Source: Erysipelotrichaceae bacterium OH741_COT-311 (GTDB taxonomy: Bacteria; Bacillota_I; Bacilli_A; Erysipelotrichales; Erysipelotrichaceae). Taken from it: a stretch of 32,000 nt of DNA. The stretch's first letter is position 1, and every line of letters starts with the position of its first letter. The translations under genes and the position numbers were made by a program. This document shows, piece by piece, positions 26,426 through 32,000 of the stretch. The DNA is taken from positions 30,001 to 62,000 of the forward strand of contig RQZE01000010.1 in the NCBI GenBank assembly GCA_003858585.1, in the 5' to 3' direction. The notes below the pieces were generated by a model, which worked only from the letters and a program-made list of their open reading frames with translations, ran no database searches and was not told the DNA's origin.

Positions 26426-28402
26426 TTATTTAGCTACAGCTTTTTCCCATTCTGCTTTTGCAGCTTCATATTGTTCAGTTGTTACAATATCATCTTGAAG
26501 TTTCATGCCTTTATATTTGTGTTCTGAAACTCCTACAAATGATAATGGACGAGAGAATGGAACAACTTTTGAAACACGTACTGCTCTTGTTTGTTGAGAT
26601 GTTGGGAATAAAATTGCATGTTCAATCAAATATGAATCGGCTTTTGCAAATGCTGCATAACGCGCATCTAAGTCATCTGTAATTGCATCAGCTGCTTCAT
26701 ACAATGCTTGGAATTCATATAATCCAAGTTGTTCTTTAATTGCTTCATATTCAGGATCATTCTTTTCATTTTTTGCCCATAGACCAAGGTTTGTAATTGT
26801 GTCCCCACTAATTGGAGAATGTGTGTTTACAAACGTCTTAGGATCAGCATAGTCTGGACCCCAACCTGCAAATGTATTAATATCGTAATCCGCTAAAGAT
26901 GGATCAGATAATGAATAAGCTTTTGCAATCAGTGTATCTCTTTCAAGTAAATGTACTTCAATTAGAATTTTTCCACCACTATTTTTTTCTACAGATTCTT
27001 TTAATGAATAAGCATTTTTTGTTAAACGGTCACTTGTAGACAATGTAGGTAAATCTAATGTAACTGGGAACTTAATTCCATCAGCTTCTGCTGCAGCAAT
27101 GTATTTTGCCGCTTCTTCTTGACTTAACCAAGGGTCTTTTCCATCACCTAAATCCACATTCATGCCTGTATTTTTATTAAATACTTCTGTTACTAATTGA
27201 CCATAATCTTTACCATCTGATGTTTTTACGATTTCAGGATAGTTATAAATGTTACGTAATTGGTCAATTGCTAAGAATTCAGGAGCTGAAATAGCTAATT
27301 GAGCAACACGGTCAAATGAAGCACGGAATGCTTTACGGAAATTTTCATTGCGAATAGCCGCTTGTGTGTTTGCTTTATCTTCATCAGTTTTATGAACTGT
27401 AAAATCATATGCCTTACGATTGTAATTGAAGTTTACACCAAATGCTGTAGAGTTAGCTAGTGTAACTGTTGTCTTTCCATCATATTTTTGCATATAAGCA
27501 TCAAAGTCTTCCCAACCAGCATTTAAACCTGCAGCCGGATAAGTCCCTTGTTCAAAACCTTTAATTGTTGAGTAGCTATCTGAGCCATCATCATAAATCA
27601 ACTTAATTGTTTCAATAAATACATTTTCAGCATCCCAATAAGCTTCATTTTTTTGTAAGCCTTGTTCTGCTTTTGCATCATTCTTTGTTAAAATATATCC
27701 ACCGTTATATAGGATAGAATCAAATTCTAAAGCACCAAATGTACAATCATCACGATTTGGAGCACCTAATTTACATCCAACACCTTTTGATTCTAAGAAT
27801 TGTTGATTAATTGGAGTAAAAATACTATATACAGTCATTGTAAAGAAATATGGAGTTGAATTTTCTAATGTATACACTAATGTATAATCATCTAAAGCTT
27901 TAACACCAACTTCATCAAAATTTACTTCTCCACCAGCGAATTGCTCTAAATTTTTAACTACACCATATAAAATAGGTGCACTTTCTGATTTAAATTCAAC
28001 AGCATGTTGTAATGCAGTAACAAAATCATGTGCTGTCACTTCAGCATATTCTTCTCCTTGAGAAGTTACCCATTTCACACCTTTTCTGATGTTAAATGTC
28101 CACTCTGTTGCATCTTCATTTGAACTCCAGCTTTCCGCTAAAGCACCAACAAAGTTACCATGTCTATCATTTTCAAGTAATGTGTCAACTAAATTGGCGT
28201 GGATTTCCGAGTCACCGTTTTGATTTGTTGTTGTATAATCCAATGTCGTTAAATCATTTGTATAAATATAAACAAATTCCTTAGGACCGTTGTAGGCTCC
28301 TTCCGTACCACCATCACCTTGTTTGCCTGTGTCTTTTGTGTTACAAGCAGCAAGAGATAATGCAGTTAGAAGGCTCATAAATAAGATTAAGAGTTTCTTC
28401 AT
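26426..28402 (-). CDS. oppA: oligopeptide-binding lipoprotein (OppA/AmiA-like, family 5 SBP)
   Basis: 658 aa. Signal peptide with lipobox LSLAAC (Cys20). First gene of the operon. Confidence 0.9.
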   Translation of the reverse strand: MKKLLILFMSLLTALSLAACNTKDTGKQGDGGTEGAYNGPKEFVYIYTNDLTTLDYTTTNQNGDSEIHANLVDTLLENDRHGNFVGALAESWSSNEDATEWTFNIRKGVKWVTSQGEEYAEVTAHDFVTALQHAVEFKSESAPILYGVVKNLEQFAGGEVNFDEVGVKALDDYTLVYTLENSTPYFFTMTVYSIFTPINQQFLESKGVGCKLGAPNRDDCTFGALEFDSILYNGGYILTKNDAKAEQGLQKNEAYWDAENVFIETIKLIYDDGSDSYSTIKGFEQGTYPAAGLNAGWEDFDAYMQKYDGKTTVTLANSTAFGVNFNYNRKAYDFTVHKTDEDKANTQAAIRNENFRKAFRASFDRVAQLAISAPEFLAIDQLRNIYNYPEIVKTSDGKDYGQLVTEVFNKNTGMNVDLGDGKDPWLSQEEAAKYIAAAEADGIKFPVTLDLPTLSTSDRLTKNAYSLKESVEKNSGGKILIEVHLLERDTLIAKAYSLSDPSLADYDINTFAGWGPDYADPKTFVNTHSPISGDTITNLGLWAKNEKNDPEYEAIKEQLGLYEFQALYEAADAITDDLDARYAAFAKADSYLIEHAILFPTSQQTRAVRVSKVVPFSRPLSFVGVSEHKYKGMKLQDDIVTTEQYEAAKAEWEKAVAK

Positions 28403-28442
28403 TTTCTTTCCCTCCGATAAACTAAATTAGTTTATGGTACTA

Positions 28443-28470
28443 ATTTTAGCACCATTTACAATTTTGTCAA
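28443..28470 (-). promoter_or_regulatory. candidate opp operon promoter (TTGACA-N16-TGcTAAAAT)
   Basis: Consensus -35 at 28470-28465 and an extended -10 at 28451-28443 on the minus strand, about 40 nt upstream of the oppA ATG. Confidence 0.55.
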
Positions 28471-28552
28471 TATTTTTCATTGAAATTTATCATTTTTTTA
28501 TAATTTCTTTCATTTATTTGAAAAAACTTTCTTTCTTTACTGTAATAATTTT

Positions 28553-28583
28553 CATAAATAAAAGAAACTCCTGAGAGTTTCTC
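28553..28583 (-). terminator. intrinsic terminator after pfk
   Basis: The minus strand reads AGAAACTC-TCAG-GAGTTTCT followed by TTTATTTAT, just after the pfk stop. Confidence 0.6.
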
Positions 28584-28586
28584 TTC

Positions 28587-29789
28587 TTACATATAATATG
28601 GTTTTACGTATGCTGGAATACCATTTTCATAGATTACCACAGGTGAACCCATAATCAATGGTCTTAAGTATTTATAAGCTTCTTCTGTAATCCCGCGATA
28701 GTTATCTAGCATCCATTCTTTCGGGAATGATTTTACAAAGTTAGCAACCTTATTTGCATCAATTGCAAAGTATTCTACATCATATTCTTCTTGATCTTTA
28801 CGTTTTACACCAACCATTTTACCAGTAAATGTCTTATCTGCACTTCTCATATGAGCAGACATTCCTAATTTAAATGATTCTTCTACATCCACTAAAGATT
28901 GTTCAGAAGCATGACATCTTTGTGCTGTTGATAAATCTTGCACTTTACATCTTTCTGCTGTTTTTGATTCTAAAATCATATTTTTAATCGCATTACCAGC
29001 TCCACCTAATACTGCATGACCAAAGCCATCATTTTTTGCTTCACCAGCTGCCAAGTATGTACCATCTGGATATTTAACACCTTCTGATACTACAACATAA
29101 CATTTATTTTTAGCATCAATGCATTTTTTCACTTCAGCTAAGAACACTTCTTTGTTAAATGGTACTTCCGGTAAAACAACTAAGTCTACAATACCACTTA
29201 AGCAAGCACTTGCCGCTAACCAACCGGCATCACGACCCATTGTTTCAAGAATAAATACTTCTTGACGAGTATATACGTTTACATCAAGCCATGTTTGCAT
29301 TGCAGTTGTCGCGATGAATTTTGCAGCTGATGCAAATCCCGGACAGTGATCTGTATGTTGTAAGTCGTTGTCTACTGTTTTTGGACAACCAACAAAACGT
29401 CTATTTGTAATGCCTTTTTCTTTTGCATATTCACTTAATGCCGCTACTGTATCCATAGAGTCATTACCACCTGTGTAGAATAATGTCTCAACGTTATATT
29501 TTTCCATGATTTCAAATAACTTTTCAAAATCTTTAATATTTTCTCTTTTTAATTTATAACGACAAGAACCTAAAGCACTAGATGGTGTTTGACGAAGAAT
29601 ACGGTTTTCCTCTTCAGACATATGCGTTAAATCTACAAATCTTTCTTGTAGAATTCCTTCAATCCCATTTAAACCACCATATACAGTTTCATAAATTGGA
29701 TTCATTTGATTTGCTTTTACCACACCTGCAATAGTCGCATTAATTACTGATGATGGTCCTCCAGATTGAGCCACGATACAATTTGCCAT
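28587..29789 (-). CDS. pfp: 6-phosphofructokinase, PfkA family, with pyrophosphate-dependent-type signature residues
   Basis: 400 aa from ATG 29789 (MANCIVAQSGGPSSVIN) after AGGAGG. GGNDS aligns to E. coli GGDGS, and PKTVDND to E. coli PGTIDND. MGRDAGW is also present. Confidence 0.8.
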   Translation of the reverse strand: MANCIVAQSGGPSSVINATIAGVVKANQMNPIYETVYGGLNGIEGILQERFVDLTHMSEEENRILRQTPSSALGSCRYKLKRENIKDFEKLFEIMEKYNVETLFYTGGNDSMDTVAALSEYAKEKGITNRRFVGCPKTVDNDLQHTDHCPGFASAAKFIATTAMQTWLDVNVYTRQEVFILETMGRDAGWLAASACLSGIVDLVVLPEVPFNKEVFLAEVKKCIDAKNKCYVVVSEGVKYPDGTYLAAGEAKNDGFGHAVLGGAGNAIKNMILESKTAERCKVQDLSTAQRCHASEQSLVDVEESFKLGMSAHMRSADKTFTGKMVGVKRKDQEEYDVEYFAIDANKVANFVKSFPKEWMLDNYRGITEEAYKYLRPLIMGSPVVIYENGIPAYVKPYYM

Positions 29790-29819
29790 TTTTTCCTCCT
29801 TTAGCACTTTTGCTCATTC

Positions 29820-29848
29820 ATTATATTAAATTAAGACAATTTTTTCAA
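29820..29848 (-). promoter_or_regulatory. candidate pfk promoter (TTGAAA-N17-TATAAT)
   Basis: Minus-strand hexamers at 29848-29843 and 29825-29820, about 30 nt upstream of ATG 29789. Confidence 0.5.
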
Positions 29849-29866
29849 TCTTAATCTCTTTTTATC

Positions 29867-31699
29867 CTACATATTCGACAACTCTTCCCAAAGTAGCATC
29901 GCCTTTGCAATTTCATTATTTAACTCATCAATTTCTTCATTTAATTGATTCATTTTTTGATAATCATGATAATACTCTTCTTCAAACCGCAACTCTCGCT
30001 TTAAAGCAATTGCTTTCTCTAATTCATCAATTCTAGCTTCGACTTTTCTAATTTGCGTATTAATGCTGGATTGTTTTATTTTCGGTTTATTGGCAATTTT
30101 GATTTCTTCCTTTTTCTCCTCTTGCCTTTCCATATAATTCATATAACCATTTGGATAATAAATCGCTTGCTTACCATCTAATACCAAACAAGACTTTGCA
30201 ATTTGCTTAATAAAGTAACGATCGTGAGAAACAAATAGAATCGTTCCATCATAATCCTTTAAAGCTTCTTCCAAAGCTTCTTTTCCAACAATATCTAAGT
30301 GATTGGTTGGTTCATCCAATATCAATAGATTTGGCTGTTGAAGCATAATCTTTGCAAAATATAGCCGTACCTTTTCCCCACCCGATAATACTTGAACATG
30401 TTTAAACACATCATCTGCAGTGAATAAAAACTGTCCTAATACGTTACGTACTTGGGTATGTGTTAAATCCGGATAAGCATCCCACAACTCTTCCAAGACG
30501 GTCTTATTGGATTGAAACTGAGCTAATTGCTGATCAAAGTAACCAATTTCAATTTGATGACCAAATAAATAATGACCCGAAATTTTAGGAAGAAGTCCCA
30601 TTAAAGTTTTTACTAATGTTGATTTCCCTGTTCCATTATCCCCTAAAATACAAATAGAATCTTGACGATGCACATCTAAAGTAAGTTTACATAACGGTTT
30701 ATCATAGCCAATCACTAAATCTTCCATCATTAAAACGTTTTCTCCACCCTTGTGTTTACATCGAAATTGTGCCTTAAAACTTTTTGTATCGCTTTCTTTT
30801 AAAAGTTCTACTTTATCCATTTTTTCTAAGTATTTTATTTTAGACTGTGCAAAGGATGCTTTACTTGCTTTATAACGAAAACGCTCAATCAATTGATTTA
30901 AACGTTCTATTTCTTTTTGTTGCCTATGATACTCTTTCACATTTTTCTCTCGTTCTAATTTTTTTAGTTCTTGATATTTCGTATAATTACCAACATATTT
31001 TCGCATTACACCATATTCAATTTCATAGACTACTTGAGCAATTTGATCTAGAAACACTCGATCATGTGAAACCAAAACAATTGCTTTGGGATACTTTTTT
31101 AAATACCCTTCTAGCCATTCTATCGTCTTTAAATCTAAATGATTGGTTGGCTCATCCAACAATAAAATATCTGGCTTTGAAAGCAATAACTTCACAAACG
31201 CAATTCTTGTTTTTTGTCCTCCGGAAAATGAAGCAAGTTTTCGTTTCAAATCATCTTCCTCAAAACCAAACTTTGTAAAAACCTGCAACAGTTCATTATG
31301 GTAGGTGTAACCACCTAAACACTCAAACTTATTTTGTAAGATACTGTATTGCTCAAGTAAATCTTCATGATTCTCTTGCATCTTTAACGCAAGCTTATCC
31401 AACTGTTCTTTTAACATTAACACTTCTTCAAATACCCTTAAAAGCTCTTGTTCAACCGTAATAGATTCATCCTCAAACGTACTTTGCGCTAAATAACCAA
31501 TACGAATATTATTTGTCACATGAACTGTCCCAGCAGATAAGGTTTCTTGATTCATCATGATTTTAAGCAAAGTGGATTTACCACAACCATTACGACCAAC
31601 CACTGCAATTTTCTGTTGTTCTTGCACTTCAAAAAGAATGTTTTCAAAGACATCCGTTGCACCATAAAATTTTGTTCCATTTTTAATTTGATATAACAT
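29867..31699 (-). CDS. ABC-F family ATPase (two ABC domains, no TM domain, C-terminal coiled coil)
   Basis: 610 aa. Two Walker A motifs (GRNGCGKST, GDNGTGKST), two signature motifs (FSGGQKTR, LSGGEKVR), an inter-domain linker, and a charged C-terminal helix resembling Uup/YdiF. Confidence 0.85.
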   Translation of the reverse strand: MLYQIKNGTKFYGATDVFENILFEVQEQQKIAVVGRNGCGKSTLLKIMMNQETLSAGTVHVTNNIRIGYLAQSTFEDESITVEQELLRVFEEVLMLKEQLDKLALKMQENHEDLLEQYSILQNKFECLGGYTYHNELLQVFTKFGFEEDDLKRKLASFSGGQKTRIAFVKLLLSKPDILLLDEPTNHLDLKTIEWLEGYLKKYPKAIVLVSHDRVFLDQIAQVVYEIEYGVMRKYVGNYTKYQELKKLEREKNVKEYHRQQKEIERLNQLIERFRYKASKASFAQSKIKYLEKMDKVELLKESDTKSFKAQFRCKHKGGENVLMMEDLVIGYDKPLCKLTLDVHRQDSICILGDNGTGKSTLVKTLMGLLPKISGHYLFGHQIEIGYFDQQLAQFQSNKTVLEELWDAYPDLTHTQVRNVLGQFLFTADDVFKHVQVLSGGEKVRLYFAKIMLQQPNLLILDEPTNHLDIVGKEALEEALKDYDGTILFVSHDRYFIKQIAKSCLVLDGKQAIYYPNGYMNYMERQEEKKEEIKIANKPKIKQSSINTQIRKVEARIDELEKAIALKRELRFEEEYYHDYQKMNQLNEEIDELNNEIAKAMLLWEELSNM

Positions 31700-31705
31700 A
31701 AATCC

Positions 31706-32000
31706 TCATTCTATTCCTAAATACACTAACAACCCATGCACTGTAGATGCTGCTACATCATCTAAATGATGTTTCCAAACCTCTACATCTTCTGCATTTG
31801 ACATATATATATACTCTATCGTTACTGCCTGCATTCCATATGGACTTTCTGCATTAAATGTACCATTTTCATTTCTAGAACGCTGCGAATATAAACCGGC
31901 CCCTAAAATCTTACCACCACTTTCACGTATCATCATTCGTCCATCAAAACCTTGATCAACAACAGAAGCCAAGACCCCATATACCTTCCCTTTTCCTCGA
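31706..32000 (-). CDS. N-acetylmuramoyl-L-alanine amidase-like (amidase_3/CwlD-like) protein, C-terminal part only (5' end outside window)
   Basis: The frame stays open to the window edge (RGKGKVYGVLASVV...). The C-terminal VTIEYIYMSNAEDVEVW resembles the amidase_3 (LvE.gFlsN..D) motif. The TGA stop overlaps the GAGGA RBS of the ABC-F gene. Weak, motif-level call. Confidence 0.4.
   Translation of the reverse strand, partial: RGKGKVYGVLASVVDQGFDGRMMIRESGGKILGAGLYSQRSRNENGTFNAESPYGMQAVTIEYIYMSNAEDVEVWKHHLDDVAASTVHGLLVYLGIE

Noticed and set aside
30847-31278. 143-aa plus-strand ORF antisense to the ABC-F gene
   Set aside because: Shadow ORF inside a strongly supported CDS, with low-complexity Leu/Phe-rich translation and no RBS. 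The same reasoning applies to 2197-2382, 3079-3303, 5132-5443, 5855-6064, 10420-10611, 12816-13016, 19051-19260, 21360-21545, 22074-22265, 23656-23838, 26177-26380, 26458-26682 and 28096-28284.
1-32000. Scan for CRISPR repeats, IS/transposase or integrase genes, tRNA/rRNA, prophage or defence-island signatures, and flanking direct repeats around the sugar/V-ATPase block
   Set aside because: I saw no regularly spaced repeats, no recombinase-like ORFs and no structured RNA genes. No ORF lacks either a housekeeping or metabolic assignment or a simple membrane-protein explanation. The block between sepF and opp may be accessory, but I see no mobility signature.

Overview
Gene-dense, AT-rich chromosomal segment, about 90% coding and mostly on the minus strand. 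Gene content, strong AGGAGG ribosome-binding sites (RBS) and standard stop codons point to a low-GC Firmicute (Erysipelotrichia/Bacilli-like). Order by coordinate: (1) The tail of the cell-division cluster (sepF-ylmH-divIVA), followed by what looks like the start of a T-box leader running off the left edge. (2) A GalNAc/galactosamine utilisation locus: nagA-type deacetylase plus a translationally coupled unknown membrane protein, divergent agaS, PTS EIIA and a kbaZ/gatZ-like gene, a mannose-family PTS IIB-IIC-IID, and a long AraC-family regulator. (3) A nine-gene V/A-type ATPase operon. (4) A second, diverged mannose-family PTS IIB-IIC-IID with no EIIA. (5) An Opp/Ami-type oligopeptide ABC transporter (oppA-B-C-D-F). 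(6) A phosphofructokinase with pyrophosphate-type signature residues. (7) An ABC-F ATPase and the 3' part of an amidase_3-like gene running off the right edge. I found no rRNA, tRNA, CRISPR array, IS or transposon, integrase, phage gene or recognisable defence, toxin or secretion module. I do not see convincing evidence for a new multi-gene system, and the window reads as ordinary core or carbohydrate-accessory chromosome. The points most worth follow-up are: the GalNAc locus with a stand-alone KbaZ/GatZ-family gene and no aldolase or kinase; the rearranged V-ATPase operon with an unusual K (c) subunit, sandwiched between two PTS systems; the oversized AraC regulator and its repeat-rich control region; and two uncharacterised membrane proteins attached to the sugar operons. 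All product calls rest on recalled family motifs, lengths and synteny. No database search was possible.
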